Source: a bacterium (GTDB lineage Bacteria > Cyanobacteriota > Vampirovibrionia > Gastranaerophilales > JBAXKC01). Taken from it: a DNA stretch of 64,000 bases. Below the pieces are notes generated by a model. It was not told the origin of the DNA, ran no database searches, and worked only from the letters and a program-made list of their open reading frames with translations. The DNA lies in contig JBAXKC010000003.1 of NCBI GenBank assembly GCA_037137535.1, positions 32,001 through 96,000 of the forward strand. Direction: 5' to 3'. The position numbers and the translations under genes are program-made. This document shows positions 10,199 through 20,419 of the stretch, one piece after another (the stretch's first letter is position 1; each line of letters starts with the position of its first letter).

Positions 10199-10261
10199 GT
10201 ATAGTTTTTTTTGAAAGATATATATAAATATTAGAATATACGAATAAAAGAAGGAGCAAGA

Positions 10262-12697
10262 ATGAAAATAGTTATTATCGGCGGTGTTGCAGGCGGAGCA
10301 AGCACAGCAGCAAGACTAAGAAGGCTTGATGAAAATGCAACTATTATTATGTTTGAAAGAGGTGAGCATGTTTCTTTTGCAAATTGCGGAATTCCTTATT
10401 ACTGCTCTGACGTTATTTCAGACAGAGAAAAACTGCTTGTTTCAACACCTAAAATGTTTGAAGAGCTTATGAACATTGAAGCAAGAACATTTTCTGAAGT
10501 AATTTCTATTAATAAAGATAAAAAAATAGTGACAATCAAAGATTTAAAAACAAATATAGAATACGAAGAAACCTATGACAAACTGGTTCTTTCTCCTGGT
10601 GCATTTCCTGTAAAGCCACCTATTGAAGGAATAAATGACGAAAGAATATTTACTGTAAGAAATTTAAATGATGCTGATAAAATCAAAAATTACATCAAAT
10701 CAAACAACTCAAAATTAGCTGTTGTAATAGGAGCAGGATTTATTGGCGTTGAAATGGCTGAAAATCTAAAGCATTTTGGACTTGATGTTTCTATAGTCGA
10801 ACTTTCAGAGCAGGTTATGACTCCTGTTGATACTGAAATTGCTTCATATATCCATAATCATTTAAGAGAACATGGAATTAATCTTTATTTAGGCGATGGA
10901 GTTAAAAGGTTTAAATCAGAAGGTAATTTAATAGTTGAATTAAATTCAAATAAAGAAATTCAAACTGATCTTGTTATTTTTGCAATCGGAGTAAGACCCG
11001 AAGTAAAACTGGCAAAAGATGCGGGATTAGAAATAGGTCAGACAGGCGGAATAAAAGTTAATGAATATATGACGACCTCTGACGATGAGATTTACGCTGT
11101 CGGAGATGCAGTTGAATCAACAGATGCCGTCATGAACAACTCCGCCTTAATTCCTCTTGCAGGCCCTGCAAACAGACAGGGACGAATTTGTGCTGATAAT
11201 ATAGCAGGAATTAAACATACTTATAAAGGTACTTTGGGCAGTTCTATTATAAAAATATTTGATTTAACTATTGCTTCCACAGGAAATAATGAAAAAAGCC
11301 TAAAAAGAAACGGAATAAATTATAAAAAAGTCTATATTCACGGATTATCACATGCAAGCTATTATCCTAAGGCTTTACCTATGATGCTTAAAGTTTTATT
11401 TTCAGAAACTGACGGTAAAATACTCGGAGCTCAAGCTGTTGGATATGAGGGAGTAGACAAAAGAATAGACGTAATTTCAACTGCTATTAAATTCAACGCA
11501 ACTATAAATGATTTAACAGAACTTGAATTAACCTATGCTCCTCCGTTCAATTCAGCTAAAGACCTTGTGAATTTAGCAGGAATGGCAGGGCAAAACGTTT
11601 TGGCAGATATTTATAAGCCTTTCTATATTGAAGAACTTGCTTCATTATCTTCGGGCAGTCTTATTATTGATGTAAGAAGTGAAATGGAAAGAACTCTAGG
11701 ATTTATTGATGATTCTCGTCATATTCCCCTTGAAGAAATCAGAACAAAATTAAATGAAATACCAAAAGATAAACAAATAATTCTTTATTGCTCAAAAGGC
11801 TTTAAAAGTTATATGGCGCAGAGAATTTTACAACAAAACGGTTATGATAATGTTTACAGTTTAAGCGGCGGTTATTTACTTTATAGAGAAATTAAAAAAG
11901 ATAAAAACCCTCCTCTAATCGAAGCTAAAAGCGCAGAAAACCTTCCCGCAAATGATAATACTCCTGTAACCGTTTCTCTTCAAATTGATGCTTGCGGAAT
12001 GCAATGCCCTGGGCCGATAATGAAAATTTCTAGCGCAATAAAAAATCTTCAAGAAAATGAAACTATTGAAATTAAAGTAACCGATCAGGGCTTTAAAAGC
12101 GATATCGTTTCATGGTGTAAGTCTACGGGAAATAATCTGATAAAAGTAAATTCTGAAGCAGGAATTATAAGCGCAATTGTTCAAAAGAAAACTGTAAATA
12201 ATAAGGAAAATGAATTAATGCATTCAAAAGACTCTAAAACCCTTGTTGTATTTAGTCAAGACTTAGATAAAGCCTTAGCGTCCTTTATAATAGCAAACGG
12301 AGCAGCTGCAACAGGTAAGAAAGTAACCATGTTCTTTACATTTTGGGGATTAAATGTTTTAAGACGTCCTGAAGCAGTAAAAACACAAAAAGGGCTTATT
12401 GACAGAATGTTTGGATTAATGATGCCTCGAGGAACAGAAAATTTAACTTTATCCAAAATGAATATGATGGGATTAGGCTCAATCATGATGCGTTGGGTGA
12501 TGAAAAATAAAAATGTTCAAACATTACAAGAGCTTATTGAACAGGCAAAACAAAACGGAGTTGAGCTTATTGCATGTCAAATGTCCCTTGACGTAATGGG
12601 TTTAAAACAAGAAGAACTGATTGATGGCGTAACTATAGGCGGAGTTGCAAATTATATAGAAAAAGCTGAAAATTCAGATGTTAATCTCTTTATTTAA
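10262..12697 (+). CDS. CoA-disulfide/persulfide reductase fused to rhodanese, TusA/SirA and DsrE domains
   Basis: GGVAGG, SFANC redox Cys, GAGFIG, YAPPF; rhodanese YCSKGFKS; TusA CPGP; DsrE-like FFTFWGL..IACQMS. Confidence 0.9.
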   Translation: MKIVIIGGVAGGASTAARLRRLDENATIIMFERGEHVSFANCGIPYYCSDVISDREKLLVSTPKMFEELMNIEARTFSEVISINKDKKIVTIKDLKTNIEYEETYDKLVLSPGAFPVKPPIEGINDERIFTVRNLNDADKIKNYIKSNNSKLAVVIGAGFIGVEMAENLKHFGLDVSIVELSEQVMTPVDTEIASYIHNHLREHGINLYLGDGVKRFKSEGNLIVELNSNKEIQTDLVIFAIGVRPEVKLAKDAGLEIGQTGGIKVNEYMTTSDDEIYAVGDAVESTDAVMNNSALIPLAGPANRQGRICADNIAGIKHTYKGTLGSSIIKIFDLTIASTGNNEKSLKRNGINYKKVYIHGLSHASYYPKALPMMLKVLFSETDGKILGAQAVGYEGVDKRIDVISTAIKFNATINDLTELELTYAPPFNSAKDLVNLAGMAGQNVLADIYKPFYIEELASLSSGSLIIDVRSEMERTLGFIDDSRHIPLEEIRTKLNEIPKDKQIILYCSKGFKSYMAQRILQQNGYDNVYSLSGGYLLYREIKKDKNPPLIEAKSAENLPANDNTPVTVSLQIDACGMQCPGPIMKISSAIKNLQENETIEIKVTDQGFKSDIVSWCKSTGNNLIKVNSEAGIISAIVQKKTVNNKENELMHSKDSKTLVVFSQDLDKALASFIIANGAAATGKKVTMFFTFWGLNVLRRPEAVKTQKGLIDRMFGLMMPRGTENLTLSKMNMMGLGSIMMRWVMKNKNVQTLQELIEQAKQNGVELIACQMSLDVMGLKQEELIDGVTIGGVANYIEKAENSDVNLFI

Positions 12698-13601
12698 AAG
12701 AGTTAAAAGCATCTTCTTTTCCTCTGAAAATAGAAATAACATTATTTAAAAACACATAAGAAAAGGCCTGATTAACTGCACCGGATACATTGCAAAGCAT
12801 AAAGCTTCCTTTGGCTTCGGTGCATAGTTTATAGGCAAATACAATAAGCTCTATGCCCTGTGAATCTATTTTGGCTATGTCTTTCATGTCTAAAACAATA
12901 TTTGATAAGCCTCTGTTTGTAAGCGTGAGGATTTCTTTTTGAAGCTCTTGCCTTACTGCTGTCTTAGTAAGATTTTTAGCTCTTATATAAGCAAGTTTTT
13001 TTTCTTCATCAACTATATCAATATAAAAATCAGAGATAGCCCCACTTTTTTCAGAGTCTATTTGTCTTAAATGTCTTAAAATATTTTTATGCCACTCAGC
13101 ATCTTTTTTTACAAATTCGCTTGCACCTGATTGATAACATTTTTGAACAAGCTCATTGCTGTCAGTTCCTGAAATCATAATTACTTTTGTATTATCAGTA
13201 ATCGTTTTTTCAAGTAAAACAATAGATTTTAATAACTCTATTCCTTCGTCAGGTTCGGGAAGGAATAAATCTAAAAGAACATAGTCATAACCATGTTTTT
13301 GGTATTTATCTAATGCTTCTTCTTTGCTTCTGGCGATATGAACGGTATAGCCGCATTTTGTGAGTAATAGACTTAATTGATGAAGCGAAAGCTCTAAATC
13401 ATCAACAATAAGAACGTAAGCTTTTTGATTTAAACAAAGTAAACTTTTTTCCTCTGTATGAGGATTTATTTTTTTTTCAAGCTCCACAACTACCCTGTTA
13501 ATATCTTCAGCAGTTATATTGTCAGGTTTTATAACACCTGCCAATTGAAAAAGTTTTTCTAATTGAACTTGATTAATTATTGTCATTATTTTTTTATCCA
13601 C
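12690..13601 (-). CDS. Receiver domain + STAS (anti-anti-sigma-like) fusion protein
   Basis: LIVDD..LLDLFLP receiver; C-terminal IVLDMKDIAKIDSQG STAS motif; GTG start. Confidence 0.75.
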   Translation of the reverse strand: MDKKIMTIINQVQLEKLFQLAGVIKPDNITAEDINRVVVELEKKINPHTEEKSLLCLNQKAYVLIVDDLELSLHQLSLLLTKCGYTVHIARSKEEALDKYQKHGYDYVLLDLFLPEPDEGIELLKSIVLLEKTITDNTKVIMISGTDSNELVQKCYQSGASEFVKKDAEWHKNILRHLRQIDSEKSGAISDFYIDIVDEEKKLAYIRAKNLTKTAVRQELQKEILTLTNRGLSNIVLDMKDIAKIDSQGIELIVFAYKLCTEAKGSFMLCNVSGAVNQAFSYVFLNNVISIFRGKEDAFNSFK

Positions 13602-13744
13602 CCTTAGGTATTTTTTTAAGGAGATAAAACCCCTTACTTATATATTATAAAATAATAGGCTTTTTTTCAAACATGAGATATTTTTTATTGTAAACTATTA
13701 CTAGAAAGTAATATACTGGGATGTAAAATTAAGAAGAGAACTAA

Positions 13745-14998
13745 ATGAAAAAGAAAACAGTTTTGCCCAATGGAATAAAATTAATAACAGAATATATGCC
13801 TGAAGCCTATTCTGCTACTGTAATGGTTTGGGCGGCTGCCGGTCCTGATATTGAAAACGAGAAAAATAACGGCATTTCTCACTTTATAGAGCATCTTCTT
13901 TTTAAAGGAACTGAAACAAGAAACCCAAAACAGATTGTTGAAGCTGTAGAAAATCGTGGCGGAAGCATAAATGCTTTTACTGATAAGGATTTTACCTGTT
14001 ATTATGCAAAAGTGCTTAAAGAAGAAAGCGCTGTTACTGTTGATGTTTTACTTGATATGGTCTTTAATTCAAAACTTGATAAAAATGATATTGAAATTGA
14101 AAGAAAAGTAATTCTTGAAGAAATAAAAATGTATGAAGATGCTCCAGATGAATTAGTTTATGATTTATTTTTAAAATCATACTGGAATGATCATCCGCTG
14201 GGGCAACCTATTACGGGAACGCTGAAAAGCGTTTCAAAAATTACCCGAGATGATATTTTAGAATTTATGGGACAAAATTATACTCCCGATAATATTCTTA
14301 TTTCTGTAGCGGGAAATTTTGACGAAAATCAAATTCTTGATGCGATAAATGAAAAAACTTTTCATCTTAAATCCACAGGTCAAAAACATGTTTTAACCTG
14401 TCCTAATATAAGCCCAAAAATTAATTTCACTAAAAAAGATATTGAACAGGCTCACATCTGTATAGGCTCAAAAGCTGTTTCTTTATTCGATGATAGTAGA
14501 TATATTCTTGCTCTTATGGATATTTGTTTAGGCGGAGGAATGGCTTCAAGGCTGTTTCAGGAAATAAGAGAAAAAAGAGGATTAGTTTATTCTATAAATA
14601 CTTACGAAGCCTTATACAGACAAACAGGTGTCTTTGGTGCTTATGCTGCAACAAATCCCGAAAATGCCGATGAAGTAATAAAGTTAGTAATAGAAGAATT
14701 TAATAAGCTCAAAGTTGATGGACTTATCGAAGACGAACTTGAAAAAGCAAAATCTCAAATAAAAGGAAATTTATTAATAGGTCTTGAATCTACAAAATTC
14801 AGAGCAAGCAGAAATGCTCGTTCAGAGCTTTATTTTAATAGAGATTTTGATATACAGGAAATTTGCTCAATGATTGAAAATGTTACGGATAAAGATGTAA
14901 TTGATCTTGCAAATCAGGTATTAGATCCTAAAAATATGGCAATAACAGTAGTAGGTCCTAAAAAAACTGTTTTTAACAAAACAAGTCTGCCTTGCTAA
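13745..14998 (+). CDS. M16 (pitrilysin) family zinc peptidase
   Basis: HFIEH inverted zinc motif, NAFT, SRLFQEIREKRGLVY. Confidence 0.9.
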   Translation: MKKKTVLPNGIKLITEYMPEAYSATVMVWAAAGPDIENEKNNGISHFIEHLLFKGTETRNPKQIVEAVENRGGSINAFTDKDFTCYYAKVLKEESAVTVDVLLDMVFNSKLDKNDIEIERKVILEEIKMYEDAPDELVYDLFLKSYWNDHPLGQPITGTLKSVSKITRDDILEFMGQNYTPDNILISVAGNFDENQILDAINEKTFHLKSTGQKHVLTCPNISPKINFTKKDIEQAHICIGSKAVSLFDDSRYILALMDICLGGGMASRLFQEIREKRGLVYSINTYEALYRQTGVFGAYAATNPENADEVIKLVIEEFNKLKVDGLIEDELEKAKSQIKGNLLIGLESTKFRASRNARSELYFNRDFDIQEICSMIENVTDKDVIDLANQVLDPKNMAITVVGPKKTVFNKTSLPC

Positions 14999-15009
14999 GA
15001 GGAAAACAC

Positions 15010-15456
15010 ATGAATGAAACTATAAATCTTAAAATCAAAAAACTTCCGCATAATATAAGTTTACCTGAATATGCAACTGAAGGTTCAGCAGGAATGGATT
15101 TAACAGCGGCAATACTTGAACCGTTAGAATTTAAACCTTTCGAGAGAAAACTTGTTCCTACAGGAATAATCATTGAACTTCCTAAAGGATTTGAAGCACA
15201 GGTAAGACCTCGATCCGGGCTTTCAATAAAGCATGGAATGACTCTTGTTAATTGCGTAGGAACTATTGACGAAGATTATCGTGGTGAAGTTTGCGTTCCA
15301 ATGATTAATCTTTCAACAGAAATTTATACTATAAACGCAGGTGATAGAATTGCTCAAATGGTTATAGCTCCAGTCCAAAAGGCCAATATAATTGAAGTTC
15401 AAATGGTTTCTGAAACTGAAAGAGCTTGTGGCGGTTTTGGCTCAACCGGTAAATAA
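15010..15456 (+). CDS. dut: dUTP diphosphatase
   Basis: AGMDL, RPRSGL, GTIDEDYRGE, RIAQ, GGFGSTG; start placed at 15010 behind GAGG. Confidence 0.95.
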   Translation: MNETINLKIKKLPHNISLPEYATEGSAGMDLTAAILEPLEFKPFERKLVPTGIIIELPKGFEAQVRPRSGLSIKHGMTLVNCVGTIDEDYRGEVCVPMINLSTEIYTINAGDRIAQMVIAPVQKANIIEVQMVSETERACGGFGSTGK

Positions 15457-15457
15457 A

Positions 15458-16513
15458 ATGATTAAAAGAAGAGTTTCAAAAAAAATAAGACTTGGAAGTA
15501 TAGAAATAGGTGGAGATAGCCCTATTTCAGTTCAATCAATGACAAATACAGACACAAGAGATGTACAATCTACTGTTTGCCAAATAAAAGAACTTGAAAA
15601 AGCAGGTTGTGAAATTATTAGAGTTGCTGTATTAAATCAAGAAGCTGCTGATGCAATGAGTGAAATAAAAAGAAGAATTAATATTCCTCTTATTGCTGAT
15701 ATTCATTTTGATTACAGACTTGCAATATCCTCCATTAAAAATGGAGTAGACGGATTAAGGCTTAATCCCGGAAATATAGGAAAAAGAGAATTCGTTGAAA
15801 AAGTTGTAAATATTGCAAAAGAACGTGAAATCCCTATCAGAATAGGCGTAAACTCGGGGTCTTTAGAAAAAGATCTTTCCCATAAAAAAGAAGATTTACC
15901 GAATAGTCTTACAGAAAGTGCTTTAAGGCACATAAAAATACTGGAAGAACTTGATTTTAATCTTATTAAGGTTTCCTTGAAATCCAGTGACGTAGCTGTA
16001 ATGATAAGAGCATACGAAAAAATAGCCTCAATTATCGACTATCCTTTACATTTGGGCGTTACAGAGGCTGGTACATTCAAATCAGGGCTTGTTAAATCTT
16101 CTGTAGGTATAGGTTCTTTGCTTTCTCAAGGAATCGGCGACACTATAAGAGTTTCTCTTACTGAAAACCCTGTTGAAGAAATTCATGCAGGATTTGAAAT
16201 ATTAAAATCATTAAACCTAAGAGAAAAAGGCATTAATTTTATAAGCTGTCCTACATGCGGAAGATGTCAGATAGATCTTATTAATCTTGCAAAAGCCGTT
16301 GAAACAAGGTTTGAGTCAATTGAAAAGCCGATTACAATTGCTGTTATGGGTTGTGCCGTCAACGGACCCGGTGAAGCAAAAGCTGCTGATATTGGAATAG
16401 CAGGCGGAATAGGCGAAGCTTATATTTTTAAACATGGTGAAATAATCAGAAAAGTTGCTGAAAATGAAATAATTACAGCACTAGAAGAAGAAATAAAAGA
16501 CTTAATAAAATAA
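15458..16513 (+). CDS. ispG: HMBPP synthase (MEP pathway)
   Basis: SVQSMT, ADIHF, RLNPGN, HLGVTEAG, SCPTCGR, MGCAVNGPGE. Confidence 0.95.
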   Translation: MIKRRVSKKIRLGSIEIGGDSPISVQSMTNTDTRDVQSTVCQIKELEKAGCEIIRVAVLNQEAADAMSEIKRRINIPLIADIHFDYRLAISSIKNGVDGLRLNPGNIGKREFVEKVVNIAKEREIPIRIGVNSGSLEKDLSHKKEDLPNSLTESALRHIKILEELDFNLIKVSLKSSDVAVMIRAYEKIASIIDYPLHLGVTEAGTFKSGLVKSSVGIGSLLSQGIGDTIRVSLTENPVEEIHAGFEILKSLNLREKGINFISCPTCGRCQIDLINLAKAVETRFESIEKPITIAVMGCAVNGPGEAKAADIGIAGGIGEAYIFKHGEIIRKVAENEIITALEEEIKDLIK

Positions 16514-16686
16514 AGTTTATTTTATCAAAAGTTAGAGTTTATAACGCTTTTGCTCCCTCTAGCTAAATTTATATTCCTAAACTTTTATAAATTTATAAAA
16601 AATACATTCAAAGTATAGCAATCTTATATACTTTAATGTTTTTATATAAATATGAATTAAAAATAAAATATGGGGTTTTAGGAATT

Positions 16687-17190
16687 ATGAGTTTTAACGT
16701 TTTCAATCAAACACAAGTAAACAAGGCTATGTTTAAACCATTATCTGGTGAATCAAATTTTACACAACAAAATCAAAATAAACCTGCTGAGAAAAATTCG
16801 ATTTTTTCAAATAATAACAGTACCTTAATTGCCAGCAACGGAAGACTCATGGGTGGTGGACGTATAACAAATGAAACTAATGATTTTTCCGCTCATGGTG
16901 TTGCAGGTGGTGATGATGGCTCTCATTTTTATGATATTGGGCCAAAAGATAGTCTTGGAGGATGGGGAACACAAGTCGATATTGATGGAATATATTTAGA
17001 CGGAGATAAGACTTATCAATGGAATGGTAAAACCTTCAAAGGAAAAGACAAACCTGAAGATGGAATTAAATTCAATGATACTCAAGCTATAACCGTCAAA
17101 AATGGTCCTAATGGTACTATAATCTTAGAAGGCGGCGGTCAATATATAGAAAATCTAACAAAAAAAATTACAGGTAGAGATCATAGATAA
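16687..17190 (+). CDS. Hypothetical protein with N/Q-rich N-terminus and Gly/Asp-rich C-terminal domain
   Basis: ORF with purine-rich SD-like sequence before ATG 16687 and a downstream terminator; no recognised family. Confidence 0.6.
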   Translation: MSFNVFNQTQVNKAMFKPLSGESNFTQQNQNKPAEKNSIFSNNNSTLIASNGRLMGGGRITNETNDFSAHGVAGGDDGSHFYDIGPKDSLGGWGTQVDIDGIYLDGDKTYQWNGKTFKGKDKPEDGIKFNDTQAITVKNGPNGTIILEGGGQYIENLTKKITGRDHR

Positions 17191-17198
17191 TTAAAAAT

Positions 17199-17232
17199 AA
17201 AAGAATCGACTTCAGAAAAAGTCGATTCTTTT
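17199..17232. terminator. Bidirectional intrinsic terminator
   Basis: AAAAGAATCGACTT/AAGTCGATTCTTTT inverted repeat between convergent genes. Confidence 0.8.
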
Positions 17233-17249
17233 AGAAATAGATGAAAAAG

Positions 17250-18437
17250 TTATTGTTGAGCTAAATATTCTTCTGTTCCTCGAGCTATTGCTTTTACAAG
17301 TTTTGCTTTTAGTTGAGGGTCTGTAAAAACCTTAGTATCTTCTTTATTTGAAATAAAAGCTGTTTCTACTAATACAGTGGACTCTCCGGCTCTTCTAATG
17401 TATTTTGCTCTTGATGTACTTGCAGCTTTTACTCCTCTGTCCCAGTTAGAACAATGAGACTCAAATTCAACACCTAACTCTTTTTTAATATTTTTATATA
17501 TTGTGTTCGCCAGTTTATAGCTTTCATTTGATGACTCAGCATATATTTCAAGGCCGCAAACGGATTTATCATCAGTTGAATTAGCATGAATGCTTATGAA
17601 AGAGTCATGATTATCTTTATATTTATCTATATATGTTGGGAAATTATTTAAATAATCAGCATCTCTTGTTAATTGAACATTAATTTTATGATCTTCTAAT
17701 GTCTGTTTAACTTCCTTTGATACTTCTAAGGCGATATCTTTTTCTCGTAATCCATTGTCGACAGCACCGAAGTCTTTTCCTCCATGCCCGGGGTCAATAA
17801 CAACTTTCATACCTGCAAGTTCATTATATCTTGTATCATTCTTTTGTATTGTTTGATGTGGCTGTCTTTGTTCTAGGTATTGTTGAGTTCCTTGAAATTT
17901 TGGAGGTGTTTCTGCTTCATTGTCAAAATTTCTAATTTGAGTTTGTACTTGCTCTGTTTTAGGGGCTTCATCAAGAGAAGGAGTATAGGCTTGGGATTCT
18001 TTGCCTACAAATTTACCGGCTAAAGAGGTGCATAAGGCTCCGACGGTAAGTAAGGATGTAATTCCTGCTGCTTTTACCATTAATGAGTCATTGGACTTGG
18101 CTTGTTTTTTTCGTACTGAGCCACTGCTGTCCCATGTTAAGGGTTTTTTACTTTTTGGGGGTTCTTTTTCCTCCGGAACTTCATCAATATCGTCCCAAGT
18201 TTCTATTTGTTTTGCTTTTTTTTCAGAAACTTCTTCGTCTTCATCATCCCCCCACTCTCCAAGATTTGTTTTTTGCTTGGTTGAAGGAACAAATTCGTCT
18301 GACGTTGCGGCTTGTCTGTGAATAGGTCTCTCATTATTGTCTTTTTTGCTTAACCCGAATGCAATTGCTGAATTTTTATTCGGATTTTTTAAATTACCCA
18401 AATTACCCAAATTACCCATACTCACAAAATTAATCAT
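17250..18437 (-). CDS. N-acetylmuramoyl-L-alanine amidase (Amidase_3) with long N-terminal extension and internal hydrophobic segment
   Basis: VVIDPGHGG, EKDI, SIHAN, VLVETAF zinc/catalytic residues. Confidence 0.85.
   Translation of the reverse strand: MINFVSMGNLGNLGNLKNPNKNSAIAFGLSKKDNNERPIHRQAATSDEFVPSTKQKTNLGEWGDDEDEEVSEKKAKQIETWDDIDEVPEEKEPPKSKKPLTWDSSGSVRKKQAKSNDSLMVKAAGITSLLTVGALCTSLAGKFVGKESQAYTPSLDEAPKTEQVQTQIRNFDNEAETPPKFQGTQQYLEQRQPHQTIQKNDTRYNELAGMKVVIDPGHGGKDFGAVDNGLREKDIALEVSKEVKQTLEDHKINVQLTRDADYLNNFPTYIDKYKDNHDSFISIHANSTDDKSVCGLEIYAESSNESYKLANTIYKNIKKELGVEFESHCSNWDRGVKAASTSRAKYIRRAGESTVLVETAFISNKEDTKVFTDPQLKAKLVKAIARGTEEYLAQQ
18391..18417. repeat. 9-bp tandem repeat x3 inside the amidase 5' end (encodes GNL x3)
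   Basis: AAATTACCC x3. Confidence 0.9.
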
Positions 18438-18521
18438 ATAAGTTGCCCTATTCTATTTTTTAACTCTCTCGAATGCTTTAAAACAGGACAAACTTTTATT
18501 TGATAGTGTGTTTAAAAAAAA

Positions 18522-18929
18522 TTAAAGTTGATGTTCTTTTATATCAAATTCTTCAATCTTAGAAATTACAAATTCATCAATAAATTTATACAGCTCAATC
18601 AATCTATTTTTATCGGTTAAGTGCAAGTATCCTATTAATGCCTCAAAAGCCGTACTTAATCTGTGAATTTTATGATTTGTACGTCTTGAGGTTGTAACGG
18701 TAAGATTTCTGCCTCTTCTTATTATTTCAGATTCTTCTTCTGTAACAAATTCATTAATTTTATCAAGCAAATAAGCCTGAAACTCCGCATTAACAACAGA
18801 AACTGTTATTTTGTGGAGTTTTTCAGGCTTAGTTATTATAAATACAGTTTTTTCTCTTATATAAAGCTCATATACAGCATCACCTATATGAGCCAATGCT
18901 CTTAATGGCAAATTTTCTACATTATTCAT
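18522..18929 (-). CDS. mrnC: Mini-ribonuclease III
   Basis: LAHIGDAVYEL, RRGRN, STAFEALIGYL; directly downstream of cysS. Confidence 0.9.
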   Translation of the reverse strand: MNNVENLPLRALAHIGDAVYELYIREKTVFIITKPEKLHKITVSVVNAEFQAYLLDKINEFVTEEESEIIRRGRNLTVTTSRRTNHKIHRLSTAFEALIGYLHLTDKNRLIELYKFIDEFVISKIEEFDIKEHQL

Positions 18930-20409
18930 CTATCGTCCAGGTTGTTCCTTCTTTTGTATCTTTAAGGGTTACGCCTATATCTTTTAATCCGTCTCTGATT
19001 TTATCGGATAAAGCCCAGTTCTTTTCAGCTCTAACGTCTTTTCTTAAAGAAATAATAAAATCCATAAGTTTTTCTGTTAAAGCATTATCGATTGTTGAAG
19101 TTTTGTTTAATTCAAAGCCTAGAACACTTGATAATTTAATTAGTAATGCAAGATATAAAGCACTCTCCAGTTTTTTGTCTTTGGCTTTTTGAGCAAGTGA
19201 TGCTACTTCAAATAAAACAGCAAGAGCTTTTGAAGTATTAAAATCTTCATCCATAGAATTAATAAAAAGCTTTATTTGTTTAATGATATTTGCCAGTAGT
19301 TCTTCTTTAAGCTCATCGCTCACTAAAGCATCCATTTTGCAGAAAGGAATACTTTCTTCTTTTAACATTTCATCAGTTATTATATTAATAAATTCTTCGG
19401 CTTTTAATACAGTTTCCTGATTAAGTACATTGCTAACGTCAGTATAAGCGTTTAAAAGTCTTTTGACACCTGATTTAGCTGCTTTTAATGATTCATCATT
19501 AAACTCTATCGGCATTCTGTAATTATTGGTAAGAATGAAAAGCCTTATAGCATTAGAGTCGTATTTTTCTAACACATCATTAATTGTAACGAAGTTATTT
19601 AATGATTTAGACATTTTTTCATTGCCGATTATAACGAAGCCGTTATGCATCCAGTATTTTGCGAACGGTTTGTCAAAAGCAGCTTCTGATTGAGCTTTCT
19701 CATTTTCATGGTGAGGGAATACAAGGTCTTGACCACCTGCATGAATATCTATTGTTTCACCAAGATGTTTCTTAATCATAGCGGAGCATTCAATATGCCA
19801 TCCCGGTCTGCCTTTCCCCCAAGGACTTTCCCATCCTGGTTCGTCTTGTGATTTAACCGCTTTCCATAGCGTAAAATCCATAGGATCTTCTTTAATTTCA
19901 GAAGATTCAACTCTTGCTCCCGACCTTAAATCATCAAGATTCTGCTTGCTCAAGCGTCCGTAGTTTGGGTAGCTTCCGACTTTAAAATAAACATCACCGT
20001 TTGAAGTATACGCAAGGCCTTTGTCAATAAGAATTTTAGTGATATTTATCATCTCATCGATTGTTTCGGTTGCTCTAGGCTCAATATCAGGCGATGCAAT
20101 GTTTAATTTTGCCATAGCCTCTTTAAATTCGTTATAATAGGTGTCTGCTATTTGCTCAATAGAAAGACTGTTTGCTTTTGCTTTATTTATGATTTTATCG
20201 TCAACATCGGTAACATTTCTTACATAAGTTACTTCGTATCCTTTAAATCTAAAATATCTGACCACCATATCCCATGTTATGTAACATCTGGCATGTCCAA
20301 GATGTGGGAAGTCATATACAGTAGGCCCGCAAACATATATTTTAATTTTATTTTCTTCTATAGTTTTAAATTCTTTAAGCTCTTGCGATAATGTATCGTA
20401 TATTTTCAT
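18922..20409 (-). CDS. cysS: Cysteine--tRNA ligase
   Basis: CGPTVY, HLGH, GRPGWHIECS, KMSKS. Confidence 0.97.
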   Translation of the reverse strand: MKIYDTLSQELKEFKTIEENKIKIYVCGPTVYDFPHLGHARCYITWDMVVRYFRFKGYEVTYVRNVTDVDDKIINKAKANSLSIEQIADTYYNEFKEAMAKLNIASPDIEPRATETIDEMINITKILIDKGLAYTSNGDVYFKVGSYPNYGRLSKQNLDDLRSGARVESSEIKEDPMDFTLWKAVKSQDEPGWESPWGKGRPGWHIECSAMIKKHLGETIDIHAGGQDLVFPHHENEKAQSEAAFDKPFAKYWMHNGFVIIGNEKMSKSLNNFVTINDVLEKYDSNAIRLFILTNNYRMPIEFNDESLKAAKSGVKRLLNAYTDVSNVLNQETVLKAEEFINIITDEMLKEESIPFCKMDALVSDELKEELLANIIKQIKLFINSMDEDFNTSKALAVLFEVASLAQKAKDKKLESALYLALLIKLSSVLGFELNKTSTIDNALTEKLMDFIISLRKDVRAEKNWALSDKIRDGLKDIGVTLKDTKEGTTWTIDE

Positions 20410-20419
20410 AAGACGTTAC

